Assembly: GCF_009914755.1 (NCBI RefSeq)
Contig: NC_060930.1
Length of the DNA: 64,000 nt
Origin: the human T2T-CHM13v2.0 reference genome, Homo sapiens
Direction: 5' to 3' (one strand)
Numbering within the stretch: the stretch's first letter is position 1; the number at the start of each line of letters is the position of its first letter. Both the position numbers and the translations under genes were made by a program. Shown one piece after another: positions 45,750 through 62,839 of this stretch. The notes under the pieces were generated by a model. It searched no databases. It was not told the DNA's origin and worked only from the letters and a program-made list of their open reading frames with translations.

Positions 45750-47479
45750 CTAACAGCAATATGAAGAAATGACACGGAGAGTGCAAGATTGTTCCAGAGG
45801 CTTCTTTCTTCAAAAGAGACAAAACAATCCCTCCAAATGTTTTGTCATTTTCCCATAAATAGCTATAAATCCTATTTTTGTTTCCTTAACTCTCTTTTGG
45901 ACAAGCAGCAAAAGTCATCAAAGAACAGATTAAGTTCTACAAACTGGGTGGTTGCTATTTTTCATTTTATCTACTATTGAATATTTCACTTGGATATTAA
46001 TATTCATACTCATGATCTTCTTGCTTGTGGTAATGGCTAGTATAGGGGAGAAGGAAAAAAATAAAGGACATAATTCTAGCAAATATTCACTGACTACCTC
46101 TAATGTGCCAGGTATTAATCTAAGGACTTTATATGCACCAATCCACAGAATCCTCACATTAACCTTTCAGGTAGATACTATTATTGTCTCCATTTTACAA
46201 GCAAGGAAATGGCAAAAGCAAGGGGACCTCAGGCCTAGAGAGCTGACCTCCAGAGCACTGTACCTAACCCCTATATTAATGAGTTCTGAGTTTCATATTC
46301 TGATTATATTTTAGATAATTTGAACCAACTCTATTCAAAAACAATGGTTTGTGTGCAAACATACAGGAAATCATTCCCACACTGCAATTACTTATTTAGA
46401 AATAAAAATAACCTAACCCTATATGGAAAATTATCTCTTTGTTGGAATTCCTATCAAATTTATTAAGCCTCAGTAAATATCAAAACAGCAATATTAAAAT
46501 TGTCTTTGAATTCAATGTCAATTCTTTAATTTTCTTGTTAAAACTAAAAACATGCATGAACCATGCTACTAAGCAATGTAAACAACATATTTCAGTAAAA
46601 TATTGTATAACAATATATGAGATTCTGAATTTCTATGTAGAAATGCTCTCCTTTGTCATTTAAACTTTTTTATTTTTTCATTTAAATATGTTAATTTTCT
46701 CTCCATTTTCAAAAAATCACACATTTAAGTACACAGGTAATAGGAAATTTTATACTTAGCAATCCAATATATATCAAGGATACACATGTGGTATAATTAA
46801 TAACTACTACAATGATTGAAAATGTGTATACATGATTGAAATAAAAATCCAAAGTTTATATCACAGGCAAGACTAGATTTTTTCCTTTGAAGGGTGAAAC
46901 CTTATGAAATAATTCTCCTTAAATATAGCCTCTGTGTTATATGGTTAACAACACTCATACAGTAACTTAGATTGAAGAGTTAATCTGATAAGCATCAAGC
47001 TAAAGAATAAATTGCAATAAAGCCTTGGAAAAACTTAAATAGTTGCATTCCCACCAGATGAAAGGAAGTATATTTACCCAAATCCATAAGAATGTTCAGG
47101 ACACTTATGCCCATGGGCATTTTTCATTCCTAGATGTTTGGAGTCTGGCCTGGAGAAGGAGAAGGAAAAGTTCTAATTGTCAATAGCTTTTGATAAGAGG
47201 TTAACCGAAAGAAAGTTTGTCTAAAATAGAGTGTTATTGACTGGAGAAAGTCTCAGGACAAGGTAAGAATTGCAAACTTCAGGACTTTTTTCTAAGTTCT
47301 AAAAACCTCCAGCAATGCCTTAATTTAAAACAGCTACAAGCAATTTGATAATATGTATCAGAATTAAAGCTGCATAGATAAAGCTGGAATTTGCTTCTTC
47401 CACGGAGAGGAAAATATGGAGTTCCTTCACACTTCCAATAGATCTTTTGAGAGAGAACACTGAAATGTAATAGAGAGGA

Positions 47480-50400
47480 GACAGTAGACACTGTGGTTGA
47501 AAAAGGAGGAAGCAGCACTGCCTGCTTGGTGCTGCCTGGCATCAGGACCAGACCCCAGACCCAGACTGGACCCAATAAAGGAGCAAGTGAAGGAACCTCA
47601 GGATACCACATTCCTGCCACAGACTCCTGAGATCCTAGTTACAGGTGTTCCCACAACCTGCAGACCTTTGGACTGGCAGAGGGAATTACCTGGAGAATAT
47701 GTAGAGGTATTACTTGAACCCCTGAGAACCCAAAAGGCTTCAGGGTGCTAGGCAACTGCAGCAAAAGGTGAGTCTGGGCACCTACTCTCCAAGGCTCTGC
47801 ATCCTGCCCTGGGTGACTGCAGCTCTTGCTGTCTGTCCAGCTGGGAGAGAGTGGGGACTGGGATGATCACCCACCCAAGACAGGCCTGGCTGCCATTGCA
47901 GTGGGACCTAGGTGCATCTGAACTGCATGCCCCCATGCCTGCCAGGCCCTCACCAGACTGCCTGTCTGGTCATTCCCAGAGGAGGAGAGGTATGCGGTCC
48001 CCATGGCATAGCCTCCATCACACTGCCTGGGTGGTTTGTTGGCAGCCTGGGAGGAATTTACTCTCCAAATCACAGCCAATGTTTGACCCTGAGGAGCCAA
48101 AGGACAAACTACTGGCACAGTCCCAGTTTCCCAGGACCCAATCACACCACCTGTGGGTATGGGGAAGAGATTTGTGAACTGTCTCCAGGTGGGGAGGAGC
48201 TCCCACTGACAAAGCACAGTGAAGAGTGTGTAGTGGTGCTCCCTTCACAAAACTGGACTAGGAAGGATGTGGCCTGAAAGCTGCAGTTTCTGCCACAGGA
48301 AGCCTTGAGGTCTGGGATGCTTGGGACGATGTGGTGATCTGGGTGCAGACGGCTTGGAACTAGCCTAACAAGTCAGGCCTGTTGCCAGTGACAGAGACCC
48401 ACCTGCACAGAGGTGTCAGAGCAGAGCTGAACAGGCCCTACAGCCCCTACCTTCTGAGCTGAAAACCATGGCCACCCCTCTTTCCATGACAGGTGCAGAA
48501 GGAGTGCCTCAATCCCTCCCTGGAGGGTTGTCCCAGTGACCTGAGGACTTCCCCGACAACCCCTCAAGGGTGCAGCACTCAGAGAGCCTGGTAATGGGCT
48601 TGCACAATCCAGCTCCACCTAGCTAGCCCTGCCTAGCTTTGCCCCCTCCAGCTCCTTGGCAGCAGAGTGCAGAACGAGAACCCTGAGAGCCCCATGTCTC
48701 GTCCATTGCCAGGGACACCCTGGTATTGCTCTCATCAACAAAGGCCAAGTAAAAATCCCAGTCATCACCGCAACTGCATCTCACCTACAGGCCCCACTTA
48801 ATGGCATGGATGCCAAACTGCATGACTCACCACAACTTCTGCTGACATCACTGTACAGCGCTCAGCCAGCTCTTACCTGCAAGTGCCACCTCCTGGCCTG
48901 AAGGTTGAACTGCCCAACCAAATTTAATTTCTGCTGACAGAAGTGAACACCGCTGGGGAATGAGATAAGTCTCTTGAGACCTCCACCTACCCACTGCTAT
49001 AGGAGACAGTAAGCCTGACCACACACACTTGAGAAAACCACTGTACTAAGGATGTCTATAACCAAGGAATTCATACAGTGCCTTAGCCTGCTAAAAGCAC
49101 ATAGAAGCAAAACCAAAAGACCCTATGCAACAGATGGAGCAGTAATAGCCTCAAGAGGAGAAGAAAAAAAAATCCCACCCAAATGTAAGTAAATCCAAAA
49201 GTAAGAACTGACATATAGAGAAGGAACCAGAACAAGAACTCCAGCACCATGAAGAAACGAAATGTTGTGGCATCCCCAAAGTGCCACTCTAGCTCTCTAG
49301 CAATGGATCCTAACCAAAATGAAAACGTTGAAATGACAGGCAAAAAATTCAAGATACAAATTGCAAAGAAGTTCAGTAAAATCCTAGAGAAAGTTAAAAA
49401 GTAATACAAAGGAACACCAAAATAAACCAGGAATTGAAAGACAAGCTGGATATGTTTTTTAAAAAACACAACACAATTTCTGGAAATGAAAAATTTACTG
49501 AAGGAATTTCAAAACACAGTTGAAAGCTTTAATAATAGATTATACCAACCAGAAAAAAGAATTTCAGAGCTTGAAGAACAGTCTTTCTAATTAACCCAGA
49601 CAGATAAAATAAAGAAAAAAGAATGTCGAAAGAAAAACAAAGCTTTTAAGAAATATGAGATTATTGAGAGCAACCAAATGTGACTTATAGGCATTCCTGA
49701 GGAAAAGAAGAAAAAGAAACCAACTTGGAAAACATGTTTGAGATAATAATTCAGAAAAATTTCCCTGATTGTACTACAGATGTAGACACCCAGAAACAAG
49801 AAATTCAGAGAATACTTTAAGACACTATACAAAATGAACATCACCAAGGCATATAGACATCAGGCTATCCAAGGTCAAAATAAAAGAGCAAATCTTAAAG
49901 GCAGCTAGACATAAGTGTCAAATAATCTATAAAGAGAATCTCACAAGACCAACAGTGAACTTCTCAGCAGAAACCTTACAAGCCAGAAAAGGATGGGGGC
50001 CTATTTTTAGCCTTGTTAAGGAGAAAAACTGCCGGCCAAGAATTTTACATCCCACCAAACTAACCTTCATAAATAAGGAGAAATAAACTTTTTCTCAGAC
50101 AAGCAAAAGATGATAGAATTCATCACCACTAGACCAGCTCTGTAAGAAATGCTCAAAGGAGTTTTAAACAAAAAAATGAAACGATGATACTCACCATGAA
50201 GAAAAAGCACATGTAAATAGACATATCACAAATCCTATAAAACAGTTACAAAATTGAGACTCCAAGGAAACTCACTAACAATACTGTGAAAGAAACAAAG
50301 TCTCACATATCAATATTCATGTTGAACATAAATAGTCCAAAAACTGCACTTAAAAGATGCAGGCTATCAAATTGGATCAAAAAACAAGATCCAACCATCT

Positions 50401-51680
50401 ACTGCCTACAACAGACATTTACAAATTCAAAGTAAAGAGGTGGAAAAAGATACATCACACAAATGGAAAACAAAAGCAAGCAGAAATAGCTATTTTTACA
50501 TCAGATAAAAACAGACTTTAAACCAACAACAGTTAAAAAAAAGATAAAGAAGGGCATTATATAGTGATAAAGGGTTCAATATGATAAGATTTAAATATCT
50601 TAAATATATATGCACCCAACAACAATCACTGAAATTCATAAAACAAATACTACTAGACCTAAGAAAAGAGATTGGCACTGAAGCACTAGTAGGGGACTTT
50701 AACACTCCACTTCACAGTGTGCAACAAAAAGTCAACAAGGAAACTCTGGACTTCAACTGGACTCTAGACCTAGTAGACATTTACTGAACATTCTAACCAA
50801 CAACTCCAGAATACACACTTTTCTCATCTGCATGTGGAACATTCTCCAAATTAATCATATGCTTAGCCATAAAACAATGCTCATTAAATTTTAAAAAAAT
50901 ATCAAAAGCATCTCCGGTATCTTCCCAGGCCATAGTAGAGTAAAATTAGAAATCAATACTAAGAGGAACTGTCAAAATTTACACAAGGCTTGAGGTGATG
51001 GATATCCCATTTACCCTGTTGTGGTTATTACACATTGCATGCCTGTATCAAAATATCTCACATACTCTACAAACATATACACCTACTATGTACACATAAA
51101 GCTTTAAAAACTAAAAAAATCTATATAAGTGCGTGGAAACTAATAACTTGACTTCATTTTACCAATTTTGCTGGAGAGGTTGACATGCAAATTCAATAAA
51201 CTCAGAGAACCCTTGTGAGATACTACGTAAGATGACCATCCTCAAGACACATTGTCATCAGATTCTCCAAGATCAATATGAAAGGAAAAGATCTTTAAAG
51301 CAGCCAGAGAGAAGGGACAGGTTATTTACAAAGAGAACCCAATCAGGCAAACAGTAGACCTTTCAGCAGAAACCTTACAAGCCAGAAGAGATCTGGGGGC
51401 CCATTTATAGCATCCTTACAGAGAATAAATTCCAGAAAAGAATTATAGCCCACCAAACACTCTTAAGCAAAGAAGTAAATTGCTTTTCAGGCAATCGAAC
51501 ATTAAGGGAATTTCTTGCCGCTAGACCTGCCTTATGAGAGATCCTAAAGGGAGTGCTAAACATGGAAATGGAAGAATGATATTTGCCACCAAAAATACCA
51601 CACTAAAATACATAGCTCATTGACGCTATAATGCAACTATACAATCAAGTTTATGCAACGTAAGCTAACAACATGATGGA
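47480..51680 (+). mobile_element. Old L1 (L1PB/L1MA-like) 5'UTR, ORF1 and ORF2 start, with a nested L1MA 3' end (about 50986-51119) and a second ORF1 fragment (about 51170-51680)
   Basis: GC-rich 5'UTR; ORF1 from about 49249 (SSLAMDPNQNE); AETLQAR motif occurs twice (about 49967 and 51366); endonuclease motif VGDFNTPL. Confidence 0.85.
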
Positions 51681-52950
51681 AGTACAGGATATTTGAAACA
51701 TAAATGAGAATAAGGAAATCACATGTGAATTTTAGCAACCTAAAGCATTCATTTGTTCATTCATTTACAATTTCATTGTCTGTCTACCATTTGACAATGC
51801 AATGGGTACTAAGCAAAGATGGAATATAAACTTGAGAAAAATAAGCCGACCGAAACTGGCCCTGAGGAGAATTTCAAAAGGTCCTGGATGACTCTAATGT
51901 TATAATTTCTCTTAACTTCAGGAAGGCAATCATTACATGGGGCATCCACCCTATAAAAAAATAAGTCAACACTGGATGCAATAGTATGCCTTAGTTCTGT
52001 ATCTCTGACCTTATTGTATTTCTGCTTTATCATTTCTCCCTGGTTTTACATACCTAATTTTAAGCTTTCACCACTCATTTCATAAAAAGAAAATATATTC
52101 CAAAATGTACTACATATTTTTGACTGTCCGTCAAACTTTAGTTTCCACTTCTTAATTAATGTTTCTCTAGGACATTGAATGAGGTTTTATTCCAATTTAC
52201 GTAATTATGAAGGGCTACCCATTAATTTATTATACAGTCTTCTGTTTTCCCATCAACCCTCACATTTCCTCAGACTTTACATACTTGGGCAGGTGTATTT
52301 GAATAAACTCAAATGAAGGTATTAAAGCAAAATTAGCATGTAAAATGCACTGTAATGCATTCTTTTGGTTTCAACTCCATATATGATAATCCCATTTGAT
52401 GTAAAACCACAGACTCAAATTTGTCTTTAACATTTTTGTGACATAAGAAAGGCAGGTATCATTCCTGTTATTTTATAGATATAAATACTGAACTCCAGAG
52501 GGGTGAGTTTGCTTGAGATCACACAATTGGAACATAATGTAGCAGGATTCCCAATCAAGTAGAGTATGCTATTTTAAAACTTGGTAATTTTTTTTTTCAT
52601 GTTCTCATTACATGGCAGAAAGTCCATTTGTCTGGTTTACATTTTTGGAAACAATAGGCTTTAATGTCTTCAATTATTTTATCTAAAAAATAATTGAACA
52701 ATTGCTTTCTTATTTTCCTTGTGAGTTCACATCCGTCTCAGATCTAGAAATATTAGGGCAGCCTCCTAAGACCAAATATTCCCTTCTAGGAACCAAATCT
52801 GTAGTGCCTCTGTTGTCTTAGCCACACAAGGTGGTATACTGAGAATGAATAAAGATGAAACAATAATACTCATCCAGCCCAATAGGTCACACAAGAGCTA
52901 AAATTCACAACTCATCTGTATACATGTTTCATTTTAAAATTAACTCATTA

Positions 52951-53706
<756 letters not shown>

Positions 53707-54614
53707 AAAAAATTAACTCATTACTAAAATAACAAAGCCAATAATAGCGTGTTCTAGTTACACTATATGTCTCATAAGTGCATAAAGATATAAAATAAAG
53801 CAAAATTTAAGGAAGTGTAAAAAGCACCTTATCTCATCAAGTCCACTGCTGCTCTGCTGTTGCTGACACGTCCTTGACTTTTTTCTCTACTCTTAGAATT
53901 CTCTACATTTTCTTTTACCTACACTACCTCCAGGTGTTGATCTGGCCTAGACTGTCTGAACTCTTCTGGCGAACTCTTCAAATCAGCAAAGCTTCCTCCT
54001 GCTGCCTGAACTACATTAATGATAGACTACGAGATTTCTTCCTGTTTTTACTCAACCCTCACCATATAGCTAGGCTCAAAAAGAAAAGCCTCCAACTACT
54101 TTTCTGTAACTTTTTTTAATTCATTACCTCTTTCACAATGGAAACAGAAATTAAAAATAGAAAAATTATTTTTCTGTCAACAGCCTTCCATCACAGCTCT
54201 CCTAAATATGTCTTCAATCTTAAATGATTTCCTTCCAATCAAAGAAAAGTCTCCTTAATAATAATAAATAGGCCACCTCCACAGGCTTTATTATGCCACA
54301 ACAAGTTCCTGATTTAGGATATCATACCCTGATTTGAACTCACACTCCTTTCTTTCTACTTTTTTGAGTTTTTATTACATGCCAGACACTGCTAGGTTCT
54401 TAGATAGTGAATAGAAAAGACAAAGTTCCCCTTTTAGGAGTGTGTTATTTATGGGAGACTAATCTACAGGCAAAACAGATAATAGCTAAAGTGGAGGTTT
54501 CTACAAAGGTAACTTAGAACCAAAGGGAATAACTATTTGAGTTTTACTGTAGAAAATAATCAAGGAAACCAATTCAGAAAAAAAGGAACAATATGTCAAT
54601 GTCAATAAGACTTA

Positions 54615-54934
<320 letters not shown>

Positions 54935-56493
54935 CTAGGAATATCTATAAAATTATAGATTGGATAGTGGCTAGAGTATGAAGGGCAAAAGGCAGAAAAG
55001 TAGGAGGTCAAATTAGAAAAGTCGAGAAGGATTAGAGAACAAAATGCCTTGAATGTATTTCTACGTAGTTTTAATTTTTACCTATCATTCTTTCAAAAAT
55101 ATTGAGCATTTCTTATGTGCTAAGCACTATAGATGAAGGGTAAACAACTATAGGTTTTAGTCAAAGGAGCAGCCTGGTCAAATGTCCACTTTAGAAAGAT
55201 TTTCTAGCAGCAGTGTGGAGGACTGAGCACACTGCAAAGAGATGGCAGGGAAAGTATAGCCACAGTGAGATGTGGTGGGGCTAGAAATTTAGAGATGTGG
55301 CAAGGGGATGGAGAGGAAGAGTGAGATTAGAGAAATGCATAGGAGCTGAATGAATAGGACTAGTGTTGATTTGGTTAAGAAAAAGTAGAAATTGAGGATG
55401 ACTTAGATGCCATCTGACCTGGAGGTTTCTAAGTTTGGATAACCACATAGATAATGGTGTAATTTTCAATGCTATAAAGAACTCAAGAAGAGAAAGTTTG
55501 AGGTGGAAGGAGGAAAGAAAAAGAGAAAGATCCAGTGGTGGTATCTTGAAGGTAGTTTAATATGCAGCCCTGGAGGGCAGGGCAGAGATCTTGGTTGGAG
55601 ATATAAACTTTGTCTTTAGTTGAAAGTTGAAGCTCTTGAATGTGGATGAGATGACCTGTAGTAAATGTATAGAGCATGAAAAGAAAGAGTTCCATGAAAA
55701 ATGACATTTTAAAGATAGATGGAAAAGAAGGACCTATAAATATAAGAGAAGCAATAAAACCAAGTAATAAAACAGTTTTAGAAAAGTAGAACATGTCTAA
55801 TTTTTAAGGCGATAGGTCAAATAAAATACACACTGAAAAGTGATTAATTTGGCAATTGGAGGTCATAAAAACAGGAACAGTATCGGAGGTCACCATAGTA
55901 GAAACTAAATACCAATGTGTTGAGAAAAGACTAAGAGAGAAAGAAATGGAGAATGCAAGGGGATACTATTCTTTCTAGCTTGCTTATGAAGTATGGTGGG
56001 GATGCTGGAGGAAGGATAAAGATTTATGGTCATAGAGAGAAAAGACTGCATGGCCAAGAAAGAGTTGTCATTGTTTTTGTTTCTTTCTTTTCAAATTAAG
56101 GATGAATTGGAATAAAAGTATGGTAAAGAAAAAAATCCAATGAGAAGGACAATTTGAAGATACAGGCAAGGGAGACTTTCACTGCTACTTAAGACAGAAA
56201 AAGTCCCAAGAAAATGTTTCTGTCACACCAAAAATAAAAGAATACTAGACAACCTACAAAATCATGGGTTTTTAAAAGCCTATTTGAGAGCTGAGGCCAT
56301 AAAGAAACATAGATAAAAATCCAGAAATGATAATTCTCTCTTAGGAGAAAAGAAATCCACAGCTGCTTCCATCCTTGACAGAGCAGTAGAAGCAGGTAGA
56401 AATTGTGAGAAGGATACAACTGAATATCTATCTGATTTTCTAAGGCTAGGAATGGGCTGGCATGAAGATTTATAAGCTCAAGATCCTCCATAC

Positions 56494-57055
<562 letters not shown>

Positions 57056-57059
57056 TCTT

Positions 57060-58245
57060 CACCTATCCACCAGTTATTTTCTATGAGCCTTTGCTAAGTG
57101 CTCATAAGAAAGATTAGGTGCAGGGCAAGAAAGCTAAGAGAAACTACCCATGCCCAAGGCACAAAGCACAGGACCTACTAAATACTAAGGGCAGAGCAGG
57201 AGAATGAGAAATATCACAGTATATTCTGGATCCTATACTGAGTGATTGGGGAAGAGACAGAAATTCTAAGAGAGATCACTTACCCTACATTGCAAATACA
57301 CAGAAACTGCTGAAGGATTAGGGCAGGAAAACTGAGACAAACCTTCTAGGCACTGAAATCACAAGCTCCACTCAAGGGAAGGTTTTGATCTCGGCATCAG
57401 ATATTTTGAGGAGAGTGGTGAGTTGAATCTACCTAATGTAACAATAAAACCCAGAAACAGGTGATCGAATGCTTATAGATTGAAACAAATTTGCCACTAA
57501 TAACATGGCAGATGAAGGGATATACCTTTTTGTGGCGAACATATTTTTTATTTCAGTTTCTATTGTTCACTTAGTATTTCAACCTTCAATTTTAAAAGTT
57601 ACAGATGAAAAGAACCAAGAAAATGTGATATATTGTCAAGATAGGAAGCAATCAATAGAACCAGACTCAGAGATAAATAAGATGCTGAAATTATCAGATA
57701 AGAACATTAAAATAACTATGAAAAATAAGTTAAAAGACCATGTTGAAAAAGGTAAACAACCTTCATAAGCAGATAATGAAACTTACAGAAAAGAGCCAAA
57801 TGAACATTCCAAAAGTAAAAGTGCACATAGATCATGAAATAAGATACTGATAGACTGTATAATGGGCCTTAAAACAAGTTCTAATAAATTTCAAATAAAT
57901 AATATAATACAGAGTATATTCTCTGATCCCAACTGTAGTAAACTAGAAATAAACAACAAAAAGATATCTAGTAAAATTCCCCGTATATTTGGAAATTCAA
58001 GAGCATATCTCTCAAAAACCCACAGGTCAAAAAAGAAATTTACAATACAATAAAGTAAATGATAATTAAAGCATAACATGTCTAAATTAATAGAAAAATA
58101 AGTACTTAGAAGAAAAAATATAGTTTTAAAATCTACATTGGGGATAGAGAGGGATATAAAATCAGTGTCATATGTTTCTACCTTGAATATTTTTTAAAAT
58201 AAAGCAAATTAATTTCAAAGTAAGCAGAAGACAAGTGTAAGAAAG
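57060..58245 (+). mobile_element. Old L1M fragments, resuming at about 60797-60930
   Basis: ORF1/ORF2-like remnants (QSIFSDPNCSKLEINNKK); approximate. Confidence 0.65.
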
Positions 58246-58249
58246 AGTC

Positions 58250-60796
58250 TTACTCTGTTTTTGATGTTTGACTGCTGAAAGCTTTCAAGCCTACCCCTTT
58301 TTTCTCCCCTGTTACGCCTCAGGTGGGCAAGACAATAAGAAACCCCAGGCATCCCCTCCCTTGGGGCCAGTGGGAAGTTCAAATTATGCAAGCACTTGTC
58401 ACACATGGAAAATTTTACCCAAACTCCACTCCCTACTTACAAAAAAAGCCAATCCAGTCTCCTTTTCTGTATTAGTCTGTTCTCATATTGCTATAAAGAA
58501 CTACCTGAGACTGGGTAATTTATAAAGAAATAAGATTTAATTGGCTCACACAGTTCCACAGGCTGTACAGGAAGCATGACTGGGGAGGCCTCAGGAAACT
58601 TACAATCATGGTGGAAGGTGAAAAGGAAGAAGGCATGTCTTCCATGGCTGGAGCAGGAGGAAGAGAGAAGGGGGAAGTGCTACAAATCACTAAACAACCA
58701 GATCTTGTGAGAATTTACTCACTATCATGAGAATAGCACCAAGGGTGAAGACTGCCCCCATAATTGAATCACTTTCCAGCAGGCCCCTCCTCCAACATTG
58801 GGGATTACAATTCAACACGAGATTTGGGTGGGGACACAAAGCCAAACCATATCATTCTGCCCTGCCCCTTCCCAAATCTCATGTCCTTCTCACATTGCAA
58901 AACACAATCAACCCTTCTTAACAGTCCCCCAGTCTTAACTCATTTCAGCATTAACTTAAAAGTCTAATTCCAAAGTCTCATCTGAGACCAGACAAGTCCC
59001 TTTCACCTGTGAGCCTGTAAAATCAAAACCAAGATAGTTACTTCCAAAATACTGGCATTGACTAAATACTCCCAATCCAAAGGGAGAAATACAGGCCCCA
59101 TGCAAACCCAAAACCCAGGAGGGCTGTCATTAAATCTTAAAGATCCAAAATAATCTCCTTTGACTCCATGCCTCACATCCAGGCAACACTGATGCAAGGG
59201 GTGGGCTCCCAACACCTTGAGCTGCTCCACCTCTGTGACTTTGCAGGGTACATCCCCCACAGCTGCTTTCATGGCCTGGCATTGAGTGCTTGTGGCTTTT
59301 CCAGGTGCACGATGCAAACTGTTTATGGGTTTACCATTCTGGGGTCTGGAGGACAGTGCCCTTCTTCTTACAGCTCCACTAAGCAGTGCCACAGACAGGA
59401 GTCTATGTGGGAGCTCCAACATCACATTTCCCCTCTGCACTGCCCTAGTAGAGGTTCTCCATGAGGGCTCCATCCATGCAGCAGACTTCTGCCTGGACAT
59501 CCAGGCATTTTCACACAGCCTCTGAAGTCTAGATGGAGGCTTTCACTCTGCACACCTGCAGGCTTAACACTACATGATGGTCCCAAGACTTATGGCTTAC
59601 ACCCTCTGAAGCAACAGCCTGAGCTGTACCTTGGCCCTTTTTAGCCACACCTGGAGCTGAAGCAGCCTCAATGCGGGGTGACATGTCCTCAGGTTGCCAC
59701 AGCAGCAAGGTCCTGGCCCTAGCCCACAAAACCATTTTTCTCTCCTAGGCCTCCAGGCTTGTGATATGAGGGGTTGCCACAAAAGTCTCTTAAAAGCCTT
59801 AGAGGCATTTTCCTCATTACATTGACTATCAACATTTGGCTCCTCTTTACATAGGCAAATTTCTGTAGCCACCTTGAATACTCCCCAGAAAATGGACTTT
59901 TCTTTTCTACCACTTGGCTGGGCTGCAAATTTTCCAAACTTTTACACTCTGCTTTCCTTTTACATATATGTTCCAGTTTCAGATCTCTTTTTTCACATGT
60001 AACAAATGTGACCTGGCTCCAGTTTGTAGTAAGTTCCTCAACTCCATCTGAGACCTCCTCAGCCTGAATTTCATTATCCATATCACTATCAGCACTTTGA
60101 TCACAACAGTTTATCAGGTCACTATGAAGTTCCAAACTTTCCCTCACCCTGTTGTCTTCTGAGTCCTCCAAACTGGTCCAGCTTCTGCCCAGTTCCAAAG
60201 TTGCTTCCACATTTTCAGGTATAGGTATTGCAATGCCCTACTCCTAACTACCAATTTTCTGTATTAGTTCGTTCTTGCATTGCAATAAAGAACTACCTGA
60301 GATTGGGTAATTTATAAAGAAAAGAGGTTTGATTTGCTCATTGTTTCATAGCTGTACAGGAAGCATGGCTGGGGAAGCCTCAGAAAACTTATAATCATGG
60401 CAGAAGGCAAAAAGGAAGGAGGCATGCCTTACATGGCTGGAGCAGGAGGAAGAGAGTGGGGGGAGGTGCCACACACTTTTAAACAACCAGATCTTGTGAG
60501 AACTCATTCACTATCAGGAGAACAGCAAGGGAGAAGTCTGCCCCTATGATCCAGTCGCCTCCCACCAACATTGGGGATTACAACTTGACATGAGATTTGG
60601 GCAGGGACACAAATCTAAACCACATCACCTTCCTTCTCTCTCAAGCCATTTTTGGATGTGCTTGTGAGCCTGTCCTCTCTCCCCAGAAAGCCTTATTATG
60701 TGAATAATAAACGTTTTCATACCCGTTGGTGTGTGTATGTGGCATCACGCAGTCTCAATATCTGAAGTAAATCTGGGTGGCAGGTTTCTACTGTAC
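58250..60796. mobile_element. ERV LTR split by the MST provirus (about 58250-58467 and 60628-60796)
   Basis: LTR-like composition on both sides; AATAAA followed by GT-rich sequence and a CA end in the right half; family unresolved. Confidence 0.5.
58468..60627 (-). mobile_element. MST-family MaLR provirus: LTR 58468-58854, internal 58855-60259, LTR 60260-60627
   Basis: Two similar direct repeats (tgtattagt...ataaagaactacctgaga...aaacca(t/c)atca) around about 1.4 kb of MaLR internal sequence. Confidence 0.92.
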
Positions 60797-60912
60797 ATCC
60801 ACCAAGTGGCACAACAGCAAATAATGAAGACAAGGGCAGAAATTAATTAAATAGAAAATGAATAGACAATATACAAAACCAAAACAGTTTTTTAAAGTTA
60901 CTGAAAATATTA

Positions 60913-61390
<478 letters not shown>

Positions 61391-62839
61391 CTATAAATGT
61401 TTTACAATATAATATATACATTGAGTCAAAATAACTTTAATTAATTATACAGTGCTTCATAGATATAATCATAGTATTTAAATCATTGGTCCCTGACCAC
61501 AGAAAGAGCCAAATTCCCTTCCAACAACTCTTTCGGCCACCACCAAAGAGCCATTTCAGAGTCATCTACAAGGCTGTTCAACCTATACTCCCCTAATATT
61601 TTTAAATTGACCATTGTGTCACTCCTACACTGGCAGGACCCTCTTACAAGGGGAGAATCAGTGCAATAGCGACCATCTATTAACAGTGCAAGAAAGCCTG
61701 TTCCCGCACCTTAACATGCATGTTAGGTGGTTTTAATGCTCAAAAAATTTAAGAAATACTGATGTAAAGGATAATTAACCCAAAAGAAAGAAATCCACAC
61801 CAAGAAATAATTATATTACCCATAATATAGATTTGGGGGTTACCTGCTATGTTTTTAATAATGATTGTATTTAAGTATAAGGTAGTATCATTGAAATTTT
61901 AGAACTGAAAAGAATCTTAGTAATGATCAAATTCTGCCCTCTATGCAAATGTGAAGGCCAAAGCTCAGATTGCTTGCATATTTTGCCCAAGTAACATGCA
62001 GTTCCTCAGAGCTTTGGGACCCAGAACTCAGATCTCTTAACCCCTGGAGGTAGAGTTTTCATCCCCTAGATCATGTTTACTTTTCAAAATATAAAAAGGT
62101 TGACTCGCACCAACTACAATTAGAATATTTTACTTGTGATTTTATGCTGCCACAAATAATGGAATTGAAACCAAATAAACACTAAATTAACTAAAGAACT
62201 GAAAAATAAGATATTTATCCATGTAATTGGCAGCTAAGCACTGCTGGAAATCATATGGTCCATCAAAAGAGAGCTTTTGGCAGCCTGAAGGGAAGATATC
62301 AACTTTTTTCACCTTCTGTAAGGTAACACTGAGTATAAATATACCAAATCTTTACTTAATAGGACACATGCAAAGCTTTAACTCATGAGCTGCTACCTTT
62401 TTATTTTCATTTTCTGGCTTTCCACCAAAGGAATGTGTGGAAGATGGCTATTAGAGTCATTTGCTCTGCCTAGGGGCTAATTACTCTATTTGGTTCATTT
62501 TTGAAAATATTATGTTTCATCCAAGGGCAAAAAATTGATGAAGACTTGTTTCAGGTTTGCTTATGTAATTTTGCACAGATTAAATTAGTTAATCGGAAAT
62601 TATGCTAGCTACAAGAGATCAGTTGGTTTCTAAATCTACAGTAGAAAATTGCTTTTTAAAAAATAATTTGAATGGCATGCTGCTTAAATCTAGTTTAGTC
62701 AATTCTCTCAGATGTGAGACTTAAGTTTTAATGACCCTAAAGGAAAACTGTGAGGAATGAAAGAATCCACAGATAAAATATTGGAAAGAGTATTCATGTG
62801 TGACCCCCTAGAACAAAATGCTACAGGGTCAAAGAATGG

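Noticed and set aside
47277-47459. Strong minus-strand acceptor (ctctctattacatttcAG) followed by open frames
   Set aside because: No convincing donor and no recognisable peptide
51809-51952. Minus-strand acceptor followed by VDAPCNDCLPEVK...
   Set aside because: No good donor; cannot be placed in the exon chain
53928-54005. Possible 78-nt minus-strand exon (AAGGSFADLKSSPEEFRQSRPDQHLE)
   Set aside because: Open and in phase, but the acceptor tract and donor are weak and I recognise no family motif; may be old LINE sequence
58727-60210. ORFs up to 165 aa
   Set aside because: They lie inside the MST LTR/internal region and are decayed MaLR sequence
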